64,000 nt of DNA from NCBI GenBank assembly GCA_963750165.1, contig CAVVPN010000012.1:512001-576000 (forward strand), given 5' to 3'. The translations under genes were made by a program, and so were the position numbers. This document shows positions 19,400-28,789 of this stretch, one piece after another (positions within the stretch are counted from its first letter, which is position 1; each line of letters opens with the position of its first letter). Under the pieces are notes generated by a model. That model was not told the origin of the DNA, searched no databases, and saw only the letters and a program-made list of their open reading frames with translations. Source of the stretch: an uncultured Gemmataceae bacterium (GTDB taxonomy: Bacteria > Planctomycetota > Planctomycetia > Gemmatales > Gemmataceae).

Positions 19400-19669
19400 A
19401 TGCTGGATCGCGATGCCATTCGCCAAACCCTTATCGAGTTGCTGGAGGCCGACACCGGGAACCAGTATCCGGACCTGTCGGAAAGCAAGAAGCTCCGCGA
19501 GGAACTGGGCCTGGACTCGGTGGATGTGGTGAGCATTGTCTCGCAGATCGAGCGCCGCTTCCGTATCCGCCTGAGCCAGCAAGAACTGGAGACACTCATC
19601 ACCGTCGGCGACGTGCTCAACTTGCTCCAGACCAAACTCGCCGCGCCGCCCGACGCCGCCGCTGCATAG
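19400..19669 (+). CDS. Acyl carrier protein
   Basis: LGLDSVD phosphopantetheine site, acidic composition, TVGDV. Confidence 0.92.
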   Translation: MLDRDAIRQTLIELLEADTGNQYPDLSESKKLREELGLDSVDVVSIVSQIERRFRIRLSQQELETLITVGDVLNLLQTKLAAPPDAAAA

Positions 19670-21023
19670 AAATACGAATCACGAAAACACGACAGAACGA
19701 AAACACGAAAAACCAAAAATAGTCTTTGTTTTTTTCGTGTTTTCGTGATTCGTATTTGATTTTCGGCTTCACGCCGCCTTGCTGCGCCTCGACGGTCGGC
19801 AGCTGCATGACGCGCTGCAGGCCGGCCAGCGCCTGCACCAGGCCGTCGATGGCCTCCGGCCGGTGGTTGGCGTTGACCTGGATGCGCAGCACGCCGCCGT
19901 GGTACGGCACCGCTGGAAACGTCACCGACTGGACATAGTAGCCGGCCTCGAAGAGCCGATGACCTGCCTTCAGCGTGTCCGCCTCGTCGCCCACCAGGAT
20001 CGAGATGATTGGCGTCTCGCCGCCCAGCACCACCAGCCCCAGCTGCTCCGCCCCGTGCGTCAGCCGCCGCAGGTTGCGCCGCAGCCGGCCGATGAGCAGG
20101 TCATACTCGCCCGACATCAGAATGTCGCAGACGGTGCAGATCGCCTCCAGGTACGCCGGCGCCACTGGACCGCCGAAGATGTACGTGTTCGACTTCATCT
20201 TCAGCAGTTCCTTGAACGCCGCCGGGCAGCCGATGAAGCCGCCCAGGCACGAGAACGCCTTGGACAGCGAGCCGATCACAAACGTGTTGTCGTAGTCGCC
20301 CAGCGCGTCCAGCACGGTGCCGCGGCCGTGGGTGCCGAGCACGCCGGTGCCGTGGGCGTCATCGACGTACAGCACCGCGTTGTGCCGCTTCGCCACCGCG
20401 TTCAGCTTGGCCAGCGGCGGCAGTGCCCCGGACATGCTGTACACGCCGTCGATGGCCACCAGGGCGACGCGGTACTCGCCGGCCGCGGTCAGCACCCGGG
20501 CCAGGTCGTCGGGGTCGCAGTGGCTGAACGGCAGCACGCGCACGCCGTTGGCCTTGGCGATGCGTGTGCCCTCATGGATGGAGTTGTGTGCCTGCTCGTC
20601 CACGACGATCAGGTCGCGGCGGCCGACCAGGCCGGGAAGGGCGCCCAGGTTGGCCAGCGTCACGGACGGGTAGATCAGGGCCGCTTCGGCGCCGAGCCAG
20701 GCGGCCACCTTGTCCTCGGCCTCGGCGTTGGCCCGCACGCAGGCGAAGGCGCGCGAGGCGCCGTTGTGGGTGCCCCAGCGGCGGACGCCGTGGATGACCG
20801 CCTCCTGCACGCGCGGATCCTGGTCCAGTCCCAGAAAGCTGTCGGAGCCGAAGTTGATGACGCGCTGGCCGTCCACCACCATACCGCGGTTCGCGTCCAC
20901 CTCATCGACCACCAGATCCTTGAGATGGCAGTCCGGGAACAGCGCCTTGAAGTGTTCGACGAAGCGCACCAGTCCGTGTTGCCGCACGGCGTGGATCAGT
21001 TGGTTCATTGGCGAGTCGGTCAT
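19617..21023 (-). CDS. PLP-dependent alpha-oxoamine synthase (BioF/serine palmitoyltransferase family)
   Basis: NFGSDSFLGL, AHNSI, DGVYSMSG, DDAHG, GSLSKA (PLP Lys), FPAVP; last ~50 codons read through a repeat element. Confidence 0.88.
   Translation of the reverse strand: MTDSPMNQLIHAVRQHGLVRFVEHFKALFPDCHLKDLVVDEVDANRGMVVDGQRVINFGSDSFLGLDQDPRVQEAVIHGVRRWGTHNGASRAFACVRANAEAEDKVAAWLGAEAALIYPSVTLANLGALPGLVGRRDLIVVDEQAHNSIHEGTRIAKANGVRVLPFSHCDPDDLARVLTAAGEYRVALVAIDGVYSMSGALPPLAKLNAVAKRHNAVLYVDDAHGTGVLGTHGRGTVLDALGDYDNTFVIGSLSKAFSCLGGFIGCPAAFKELLKMKSNTYIFGGPVAPAYLEAICTVCDILMSGEYDLLIGRLRRNLRRLTHGAEQLGLVVLGGETPIISILVGDEADTLKAGHRLFEAGYYVQSVTFPAVPYHGGVLRIQVNANHRPEAIDGLVQALAGLQRVMQLPTVEAQQGGVKPKIKYESRKHEKNKDYFWFFVFSFCRVFVIRISMQRRRRAARRVWSGAS
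19670..19757. repeat. Palindromic element with acgaaaacacga units
   Basis: 23-bp inverted repeat 19670-19692/19735-19757. Confidence 0.8.
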
Positions 21024-21215
21024 GCCAGCTTCTCACATTCCAGAAGAAGAGAAGGGAAGTGGTAGCGCGGCCGCGGTGTCCGACCCCGGCGCGGGCAATA
21101 AACCAAAAAGTTGTCGCTGTGACAAGCGCAATCCGGGTGTTCTTCTGGAATTGGGCGCGCTGCGCGCCCAATTCCTGGGGCGCGCCCTCGCCTGCAGGGT
21201 GTGCCGCTGGATTTT

Positions 21216-21283
21216 GGCGAGCGGCGCGGCGTCAGCCCGCCGGTGCGGTGTGTCACCGGCGGGCTGACGCCGCGCCGCTCGCC
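21216..21283. repeat. REP-like palindrome
   Basis: Perfect 30-bp stem ggcgagcggcgcggcgtcagcccgccggtg with an 8-nt loop. Confidence 0.85.
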
Positions 21284-21356
21284 TGAAAATGCCAAAATGT
21301 AGCGGCGCACCCTCACCTGCATCCGCTGTTGACAGCCGTGCGGCTTTTCATTACAG

Positions 21357-22196
21357 ATGGCCCCACTACCCGCCGCGCACCTGGAGCCTGGCTATTCCGC
21401 CGTCGCTGCCGATGGGAAAGGAAGTCCGCGCGTGAACGTCATTGCTCCGCCGGCCGTCCGCTGCGCCGCCGTCGCCCACGCCGTGCGGCGTGTACCGGTC
21501 GCCGAGGTCGCCCCCCTGCGCCAGCAGCCGCACCCGACCTTGAGCCAGATGCTGCCCGCCAACCTGCTCAAGCACGCCGACGAGCAGACCGTGGTCGGCC
21601 TGGTTGCGGTGCTGCAAGCCGTCACGGACTTCGGGCTCGACCCCCAGGGCTTCGCCGACTGGGGCGTCCTGGGTGCGCCGCGCTTCATGGGCCGGGCCGC
21701 CATGGCCCAGGCGCTACAAAAATTCGCCCAGGAAGGTGCCTGGGGCATCTCGCCGCACTTGATCCCGCACCGTTCCCTGCACGCGCTGTCCGGCACGGTC
21801 AGCCAGGCGCTTCGCATCCACGGCCCCAACATCGGCGTCGGCGGCGGCCCCTTCGCCGTGGCCGAGGGGTTGGTCGCCGCCGCCGCGTTGTTCGCGCGCG
21901 AGCGGCTGCCGGGCGTCTGGCTGCTGCTGACCGGCACCGAGCACGAGGCCGTGTTCACCCATCAGCCTGTCTGCGTCGCGGTCGCCCTGGCGCTGGTGGC
22001 GGAAGGCCCCGGCCCGTGGGAACTGGAAATCGACTCGACCGCCACCGCGGCCGGCTGCGCGGCGCCCCTCACGCTGGAGGCGCTGGCGGCGGCGCTGGCC
22101 GACGACGAGCCGTCCACCGCGGCCTCCTGGCGGTTGGCGTGCGGCGGCCGGCTGCGGTTGCAGCGGAACGCGGGCTGCGAGGAGAAGCACAAGTGA
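21357..22196 (+). CDS. Ketosynthase N-terminal-like protein without catalytic Cys (chain-length-factor-like)
   Basis: ISPHLIPHRSLHALSGTVSQALRIHGPN matches the KS N-domain; no ACAS motif; overlaps the next gene (GTGA). Confidence 0.65.
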   Translation: MAPLPAAHLEPGYSAVAADGKGSPRVNVIAPPAVRCAAVAHAVRRVPVAEVAPLRQQPHPTLSQMLPANLLKHADEQTVVGLVAVLQAVTDFGLDPQGFADWGVLGAPRFMGRAAMAQALQKFAQEGAWGISPHLIPHRSLHALSGTVSQALRIHGPNIGVGGGPFAVAEGLVAAAALFARERLPGVWLLLTGTEHEAVFTHQPVCVAVALALVAEGPGPWELEIDSTATAAGCAAPLTLEALAAALADDEPSTAASWRLACGGRLRLQRNAGCEEKHK

Positions 22197-23410
22197 GCAA
22201 GGGATCGGCGGTCTGGATCACCGGCGTCGGGGCGGCCACACCCCTGGGCACCACCTACCGGGCGATAGCCGACAGCCTGTTGGCCGGGCGCTCGGGCGTC
22301 TGCGCCCTGTCCGCTTTCGACGCCAGCCAGCACCCCAGCCGTATCGGCGGTGAGATCGACCAGCTCCCTTGCCCGCCAGACTCGGACTCGTCCGTCTTCG
22401 CCCGGCTGTCGCGCCAGGAGCAGGTGACGCTGTGGTGCTGCGTCGAGGCGCTGCGCGATGCCGGCTGGTATGCGCGCCGCGGCGAGGTGCGGCTCGGCCT
22501 GGTGCTGGGCATCGGCGCTGAGTGGCTGGTCAGCTGGGAAGTGGACGACCGGGCGGGCGGGCGCCGCGTCTATCATCCCGAGCAGGACCACGAATCGCTG
22601 ACGCAGTGGGCGGTGCGCCGGCTGCAACTGACTGGGCCGGCGGTGAGCGTGTCGGCGGCGTGCGCCAGCGGCAACTATGCACTGGCGCAGGCGCGGCGCT
22701 GGCTGGAGTTGGGCTGGGTGGACGTGTGTTTGGCGGGCGCCTGTGACATGGCGATGACACCGATGTCGGTGGCGGGCTTCGGCAATTTGCGGGCGCTGTC
22801 GCGGCGCAACGACGAGCCGCAGAAAGCGTCGCGGCCATTCGACGTGGATCGCGACGGCTTCGTGATGGGCGAGGGCGGCGCGATGTTCGTGCTGGAGCGC
22901 GCCGAGACGGCCCGGCGGCGGTCGGCGAAGGTGTACGCCGAGGTGGCGGGCTGCGGCGCCAGCAGCGACGCGCACAACATGGTGATTCCGAGTCCGCACC
23001 CGGAGCCGGCGACCGCGGCGATGCGGCAGGCGCTGGCGGACGCGGGCGTGGCACCGGGGGAAGTGGATTACGTCAATGCGCACGCCACGAGCACGCCGGT
23101 CGGCGACGTGGCGGAGGCGCGGGTGCTGGAGGCGGTGTTCGGCGCAGACTTGCCACGAGTGCCGGTGAGTTCGACCAAGAGCATGACGGGCCATCTGCTG
23201 ACGGCGGCCGCGGCGGTCGAGGCGCTGGCGTGCCTGGTGGCGATGGAGCGTCAGGCGCTGCCGCCGACGATCAACCTGGACAGGCCCGACCCGGAGTGCA
23301 AGCTGTGTCACGTCGCCAACGCGGCGCGGCCGCAGCGCGTGCGGGTGGCGCTGTCGAACTCGTTCGGCTTCGGCGGTAGTAACACCTGTCTGGTGCTGCG
23401 GGCGGCGTGA
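22193..23410 (+). CDS. Beta-ketoacyl-ACP synthase II (FabF family)
   Basis: AACASG, RPFDVDRDGFVMGEG, NAHATST, KSMTGH, SNSFGFGG: Cys-His-His triad intact. Confidence 0.93.
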   Translation: MSKGSAVWITGVGAATPLGTTYRAIADSLLAGRSGVCALSAFDASQHPSRIGGEIDQLPCPPDSDSSVFARLSRQEQVTLWCCVEALRDAGWYARRGEVRLGLVLGIGAEWLVSWEVDDRAGGRRVYHPEQDHESLTQWAVRRLQLTGPAVSVSAACASGNYALAQARRWLELGWVDVCLAGACDMAMTPMSVAGFGNLRALSRRNDEPQKASRPFDVDRDGFVMGEGGAMFVLERAETARRRSAKVYAEVAGCGASSDAHNMVIPSPHPEPATAAMRQALADAGVAPGEVDYVNAHATSTPVGDVAEARVLEAVFGADLPRVPVSSTKSMTGHLLTAAAAVEALACLVAMERQALPPTINLDRPDPECKLCHVANAARPQRVRVALSNSFGFGGSNTCLVLRAA

Positions 23411-23415
23411 GAGTC

Positions 23416-23461
23416 GCTCTGCGCCCGATTTTCTGCCGCTTGCGGCAGAAAGAAGATAGCC
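23416..23461. repeat. REP-like element (ttctgccgcttgcggcagaa family), copy 1
   Basis: Near-identical to 29687-29731. Confidence 0.75.
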
Positions 23462-23683
23462 TGTCACTTCCCGAAGCTCGCAGGATCCTGACACCTTTTC
23501 CGCAGTCTTTTTCTCACTGCGATTCTCTCCATCGACGGTTGCCAGGCTTACCCAGCTCGCTGAGGAGATGAGCACCGCTCAGCGACGGGTCAGCCCGATG
23601 CAGGTCGCCGCACAACTGCTGGAGGAGGCGCTGCAACGTCTGCCTGGATCAACACAGGCGACTGGCGCACACGGCGGCCGTAA

Positions 23684-23739
23684 TTAGGGAGTTGGGAGTC
23701 GATTGACATCCTTATGTCAATCGACTCCCAACTCCCTAA
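23684..23739. repeat. Perfect 26-bp hairpin downstream of htrA
   Basis: ttagggagttgggagtcgattgacat-cctt-atgtcaatcgactcccaactccctaa. Confidence 0.8.
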
Positions 23740-23745
23740 CCGCTG

Positions 23746-24855
23746 TCACTTCCCAAAGCCCGACGGCTGCTCCTCCACCGTCACCTTGAGCTTCATCGTC
23801 TGGCCGCCGCGGACGATGCCGATCTCCGCCGCCTCGCTGATCGGCAGCGACACGATGGTGCTCTGCAGCACACGACCATCGCGGATCGGCCGACCGTTGA
23901 TCGCCGTAATCACGTCCTCCTTCTGCAAACCCGCCTTGGCCGCCGGCGTGTTCTCGTAGACCTCGGCAACCACGACGCCGCCGGTCTGCGCCAGGCCGAG
24001 CTTCTCCGCCTCCTCCAGCGGCAGATCACGGATGCCGATGCCCAGATAACCGCGGCGCACGAAGCCGTCGGTCACCAGCCCCTTGACGACCGCCCTCGCC
24101 AGGTTGCTCGACACCGCCAGACCAATGCCCGTGAAGCCGCCGGTGCGGCTCTTGATGGCGGCGTTGATGCCGACCACCTTGCCCGCCAGGTTCACCAGCG
24201 GCCCGCCGCTGTTGCCCGGGTTGATGGCCGCGTCGGTCTGCAGGAAGTCCTCGTACATGTTCATGGCCAGGCCGCTGCGGCCCTTGGCGCTGATGATGCC
24301 GTGCGTCACCGAGCCGGCCAGGCCGAACGGTGCCCCGACCGCCAGCACACGGTCGCCAATCTCCATCCGCTCGCTGTCGCCCAGCTCCAGCACTGGCAAA
24401 TTCAGCTTGGCCTTGGCGTCCAGGATGATGACAGCCAGATCGGTCTTGCGGTCGCCGCGAATGTCGCGCGTCACGAACCGGCGGCCGTCCAGCAGCTGCA
24501 CCGCCACCTCATCGACGCCATCGATGACGTGGTTGTTGGTCAGGATGACGCCCTTGGGATCGACCAGCACGCCGGAGCCCAGGCCGATGCGCGCCCCAGG
24601 GCCCTCGAACGGCCCCTCGTTGACGCGCGGCGGCAGCTTGAGCTTGAAGTTGGGGCCAGTCTCGATGCTGACGACGCCCGGCAGCACTTTCTTGACGATG
24701 TCGCGGTAGGAGCCGAATTCCTTCGGCGGCAGCGGCTGGGCCTGCGGGGCGGGGTTGACGACAGGGGCCTGACCATGCAGCAGCGGGGCCAGGAAGTAGC
24801 TGCCCAGGAGCGCCCCGAGCAGCAGACAGGCGGCGGCGACGGACCAGCGTTTCAT
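23746..24855 (-). CDS. HtrA/DegP-type serine protease with one PDZ domain
   Basis: TNNHV, DLAV, QTDAAINPGNSGGPL, PDZ domain. Confidence 0.93.
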   Translation of the reverse strand: MKRWSVAAACLLLGALLGSYFLAPLLHGQAPVVNPAPQAQPLPPKEFGSYRDIVKKVLPGVVSIETGPNFKLKLPPRVNEGPFEGPGARIGLGSGVLVDPKGVILTNNHVIDGVDEVAVQLLDGRRFVTRDIRGDRKTDLAVIILDAKAKLNLPVLELGDSERMEIGDRVLAVGAPFGLAGSVTHGIISAKGRSGLAMNMYEDFLQTDAAINPGNSGGPLVNLAGKVVGINAAIKSRTGGFTGIGLAVSSNLARAVVKGLVTDGFVRRGYLGIGIRDLPLEEAEKLGLAQTGGVVVAEVYENTPAAKAGLQKEDVITAINGRPIRDGRVLQSTIVSLPISEAAEIGIVRGGQTMKLKVTVEEQPSGFGK

Positions 24856-25107
24856 GAGTGGATACCCTCCTCGAAGAACCAGGACGCCGGGCGCCGCGAA
24901 CGGGGAGGCGGCGCGGGGTCACTCTTTATCATACGCATTCGGAACGCCTCCTTGCGCGACAGGCTGTCTCCGTCGTGCAGGCGGCTCGCCTGCACGACGC
25001 GCAACTTGAATCAAACTTGACAGATTTTTCGGAAGTCGCTATGCCCGCCGCTCCATTGAAGGGCAAATACCGGCCACATCCCCCGTGGCTATCCAGGAGG
25101 CAGAGCC

Positions 25108-25389
25108 ATGCCAGGCAAGCGACTATTGCTGACGGCGGTGCTGGGGTTGACGATGACGGCACTGGGCTGCTGTCGGATGTGCGAGCGCTGGTGCGGCCCG
25201 TCCCAGCAGGGGTGCTGTGCGCCGCCGCCGCCGGGGCAGGGGTGCCCATGCACGCCGACAGGTTCGTACTATCAAGCCCCGCAATGCTCGCCAGGCTGCG
25301 TCCCGGCGACCAGCAACGGGGTGCCCACCGTGCCGGTCCCGGCTGGCCAGCAGCAGTGGACGAAGCCCAACTGTGATTGCTACAAGTAG
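25108..25389 (+). CDS. Small Cys-rich lipoprotein
   Basis: aggagg RBS, lipobox ALGC, 12 Cys in 93 aa. Confidence 0.75.
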   Translation: MPGKRLLLTAVLGLTMTALGCCRMCERWCGPSQQGCCAPPPPGQGCPCTPTGSYYQAPQCSPGCVPATSNGVPTVPVPAGQQQWTKPNCDCYK

Positions 25390-25404
25390 GACCGGCTCAG
25401 TCAA

Positions 25405-26988
25405 TCACCTGCTGCCCGTGGTGCTGATCGTACCAGCGGCGCAACTCCGCGTCGCAGCGGCCCAGCCCCCAGCGCACAGCGCCAGCATGAGCAGCGCCCC
25501 GGCGAGCGGGCCGGGCAGCCACGTCCACGCGGCGTGAGCGGTCGTCGGCTGATAGACGCTGCCGGGCGGCACCAGCGCCGCCAGCGCCGGCCAGCCGAGC
25601 TGGAACAGTGCATATGCCAGCAGCGGCAGACCGACCGTCAGCAGCAGACCAAGGCCGCCCGCCTGTCGGCCGCGCGCGAACGCCCGAAAGCCCAGCGCGA
25701 AGTACAACCCCCAGAGCACCACACCCGCCGCCGTCAGTGCCAGTCCCTGGAGAAGCTGAAGCCGGCCCGCCACGACGGCCGCCGCGCACAGCAGCGCCGC
25801 CACCGCGAAGTAACCACGGCCGCGCCGCCATGCCGCCGCCGCGGCCGCCTCCCAGTAGTCGCGGGCCTCCAGTCCCGTCATCAGCAGCAGTTCCAGCCGC
25901 CGGCAGCGATCCTGGGTGTTGCTGTCCCACAGGCCGTACTGGAACGCGGCCGGCACCGCCGCCAGCACGATCAGCGCGCTCGCCAGCGCCGGCACGCCGC
26001 CGGCCCCATCGACGATGACGAACACCTGCCGCCCCAGCCACGCCGGCCAGTGCGGCCCCGCCACCAGGTAGGCCGCGTACAGCAGCGCGAAGCCTCCGGC
26101 CAGCCACAGGTTCACCGCCCCGGAATATTCCGTGACGCGCTTGACTGCCCACCAGCACAACGGCCGGTCCCCAACGACAGGCCGCCGGCCGCCGCGCTCG
26201 TCCACCGCCGGCAGGTAATGGCGCTCGTGGAAGTGCGGCTGCAACCGGGTCGCCGCCCGCGCCGCCAGCACCAGGACCGCCAGCAGCGTCAGGCTTTCCA
26301 GCGTCAGCGTCTCCGGCAACGTCAGCAGCGGCGGCCGCTCCAGGGCGATTTGCAGCACTGCGAACGGGCTGTAGCGGTGCAGCGCCTGGAAGGCGGCCAC
26401 GCACCAGTCGCCCAGGTCGCCGGGCAGCCAGGCCAGCCAGTCGCGCAGGTGCTCCGCCGCCAGCACGCCGATCAACAAATAAACAAGGATCAACAGGAAC
26501 ATCAGGCGTTCGCCCCAGCGGCGGGCGCGGGCCGGCTCGTACGCCCAGCCGACCAGCGCCAGCCCCGCCAGGGCGCCCCAGGTCCACGGCATCACCAGCA
26601 GCAGCGGCACGTCGAAGGGATGCAGTTTGCCTTCGAGCACCAGCGCCAGCAGCAACGGCAGTCCGGCGAGGCCGAGCAGCGCCAGCCGGCAGAGGCCGAC
26701 GAGCAGTTCCGCGACGAAGAGGCGGCGCGGCCGCAGTGGGCTGACGAGCAGGAACTCCAGGGCCTGGCTCTTCGGCAGCTGCGTCAACCGCCAGCCGATC
26801 AGCAGCGCCCCCTCGACGATGCCCGCGACCAGCAGGACGTGGCCGGCCAGCGGCGGCCGGGCGTCGGGCCGGGCGAGCAGCAGCAGGACGACGACGCCCA
26901 GCACCAGGACGTGGGCCGTCACCAGGCAGCGGAAGGCGTACTGCCGGCCGGGCGAGGTGGAGGCCAAAGCGAAGAAGGGATAGAGCAT
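25405..26988 (-). CDS. Polytopic membrane protein (ABC-2 permease-like, internally duplicated)
   Basis: Two copies of LE(F/L)LL(VS/MT)xL motif; many TM helices. Confidence 0.7.
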   Translation of the reverse strand: MLYPFFALASTSPGRQYAFRCLVTAHVLVLGVVVLLLLARPDARPPLAGHVLLVAGIVEGALLIGWRLTQLPKSQALEFLLVSPLRPRRLFVAELLVGLCRLALLGLAGLPLLLALVLEGKLHPFDVPLLLVMPWTWGALAGLALVGWAYEPARARRWGERLMFLLILVYLLIGVLAAEHLRDWLAWLPGDLGDWCVAAFQALHRYSPFAVLQIALERPPLLTLPETLTLESLTLLAVLVLAARAATRLQPHFHERHYLPAVDERGGRRPVVGDRPLCWWAVKRVTEYSGAVNLWLAGGFALLYAAYLVAGPHWPAWLGRQVFVIVDGAGGVPALASALIVLAAVPAAFQYGLWDSNTQDRCRRLELLLMTGLEARDYWEAAAAAAWRRGRGYFAVAALLCAAAVVAGRLQLLQGLALTAAGVVLWGLYFALGFRAFARGRQAGGLGLLLTVGLPLLAYALFQLGWPALAALVPPGSVYQPTTAHAAWTWLPGPLAGALLMLALCAGGWAAATRSCAAGTISTTGSR

Positions 26989-27055
26989 GGTGGGGATGGG
27001 GGCGACTCGGTAATTGGGTGGGTCTCTGGTTTTAGGTGGTGCGTGATGAGGGAAC

Positions 27056-27133
27056 GTGTGCCACTGCTTGGCCGCCCTTCTTGAACTGGACGGCGGTGCC
27101 AGAGACTTCGCGGGCGGCCAAGCAGTGGCACAC
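27056..27133. repeat. REP-like inverted repeat
   Basis: 22-bp arms gtgtgccactgcttggccgccc / gggcggccaagcagtggcacac. Confidence 0.8.
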
Positions 27134-27162
27134 CGACCCTCTCCCCACCGGCTTGCGGCCGA

Positions 27163-28017
27163 TCAACTCGGGACGACACACTTCTCCTGTACGCAGCGCG
27201 TCAGGCGGGTCATCAGGTCACGGCAGGAGGGCCAGCGGTCCTGCGGCACCGGGTCCAGGGCGCGCAGGATGATCGGCTGCTCGGCCGGCACCAGCATCGA
27301 CAGGTCCGGCGTGGGCCGCACGTAGCCAATGTGGAAGGCCGACGGCGTGTTGGGGAACGGCAGCCAGCCACCGCGCAGTTCGCAGTAGCTGACCGCCAGG
27401 GCGTACTGATCGGTGCGGTCGCTGAGCCAGCCCTGAAAGACTTCCGGGGCAGCGTAATGCAGCGTGCCGACCCGGCGGTGCTGACACCGCGGCGAACTGG
27501 TCGGACAGGCCAGGCTGAAGTCAGCGACCTTGACCTTGCCGCCGCGCAGCAGCAGGTTGCTCGGCTTGATGTCGCAGTGGCGCACGGCGACGCGCTGCTC
27601 ATCGAGCAGGTGCTGGCGGGCGTTCAGGTAGTCGAGGGCGTCGGCGGCCTGGCTCAGGAAGTGGCACAGGTGCTGCGGCACAATGCCGGTGCCGTACTCC
27701 TTGCGGTAAACCTCCAGCAGGTCGAACAGACTGCCCTCGGCCAGTTCCATGCCGATGACGACATGGCCGCCGAAGCACCAGATGCGGTCGATGCACAGCA
27801 GGTTGGGGTGACGGAGCTGGCGGATCGACTGCAGCGCGCGGACCTCCTGGGCGGAGGCCAGCGAACTACCGCAGGGCAGGAACTTCAGCGCGACCGCCTT
27901 GCCGTCCGGCTGCCGCGCCTCCCAGACCTCCCCCCAGCCGCCGCGCCCGAGGAATTTCACCAGGCGGTAGCCCGGAAACGGTTCCAGTCCTGGATTCAAC
28001 ACCTCGAGCTTGGTCAC
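27163..28017 (-). CDS. Stand-alone cytoplasmic Ser/Thr kinase (DFS instead of DFG)
   Basis: GRGGWG, VALK, HCDIKPSN, DFS, GTLHYAAPE. Confidence 0.9.
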   Translation of the reverse strand: MTKLEVLNPGLEPFPGYRLVKFLGRGGWGEVWEARQPDGKAVALKFLPCGSSLASAQEVRALQSIRQLRHPNLLCIDRIWCFGGHVVIGMELAEGSLFDLLEVYRKEYGTGIVPQHLCHFLSQAADALDYLNARQHLLDEQRVAVRHCDIKPSNLLLRGGKVKVADFSLACPTSSPRCQHRRVGTLHYAAPEVFQGWLSDRTDQYALAVSYCELRGGWLPFPNTPSAFHIGYVRPTPDLSMLVPAEQPIILRALDPVPQDRWPSCRDLMTRLTRCVQEKCVVPS

Positions 28018-28175
28018 GGGGTTTCCTCAAGGGCGCCAGGGGAGTGATCGGTGGCACCGCCACGATAGGCCGGCACGGATCAGGGCTGGAAAACTCTAGA
28101 CCCTGGCGGCGGCAAAGTCAAAAGCGACGGCCCATTACACCGCGCGCATCCCCGTAGCAGCGCCGGGGTCGCTTT

Positions 28176-28203
28176 GTGGGACGGCTCTCCAGAGCCGTCC
28201 CAC
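28176..28203. repeat. REP-like palindrome
   Basis: gtgggacggctct-cc-agagccgtcccac; same family as 35279-35328. Confidence 0.8.
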
Positions 28204-28419
28204 GAAGGGGAGTCGCTCCCTTTGCCACTATGGGGACGCACCCCATTGCACCGCGCCGCTGGTCGGGCTACAATTGCCACGGTCAAGTGCCGGGCGGGGC
28301 ACCAGCGCCCCGCGCGCCCGGCGAAGCATCCCGGCGGGAGAGGCAACCGCGGGGGCACCGAAGTCCAGGTCACCGGCCCGCGCCAGGCCAGGGGCGGCCG
28401 GCCACAAGGAGTTGCGTCT

Positions 28420-28776
28420 GTGCAAATCAAGATCTCCGCTCGCCACGGCCACCACCTGAATGACGGCACCCAGCAGTTCATCCGGGACAAGGCGCAAAAG
28501 TTGAATCACCTGTTCCAGCGCCTGACCATGATCGAGGTCACGGTAGACATGAACGACGAATTGAAGTTCGTCGAGTTCGTGGTGTCGGCCGAGCACAAGC
28601 ATGACTTCGTCGCCTCGGAGCGCAACAAGGATCTGTTGGCCGCGGTGGATCTGGTGATGGCGAAACTGGAAGGCCAGTTGCGCCGCTACAAGGAAAAGAT
28701 TCAGGACCATCGCCGCACGCCGTCCACGGGCGAGGTGACTGGCGCCCCGGCTACCGAGGAAACCGGCGACGAGTGA
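28420..28776 (+). CDS. hpf: Ribosome hibernation factor HPF/RaiA
   Basis: VQIKISARH...DLLAAVDLVMAKLEGQLRRYKEK; aaggag RBS, GTG start. Confidence 0.9.
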   Translation: MQIKISARHGHHLNDGTQQFIRDKAQKLNHLFQRLTMIEVTVDMNDELKFVEFVVSAEHKHDFVASERNKDLLAAVDLVMAKLEGQLRRYKEKIQDHRRTPSTGEVTGAPATEETGDE

Positions 28777-28789
28777 TGGAGGGCAACCC

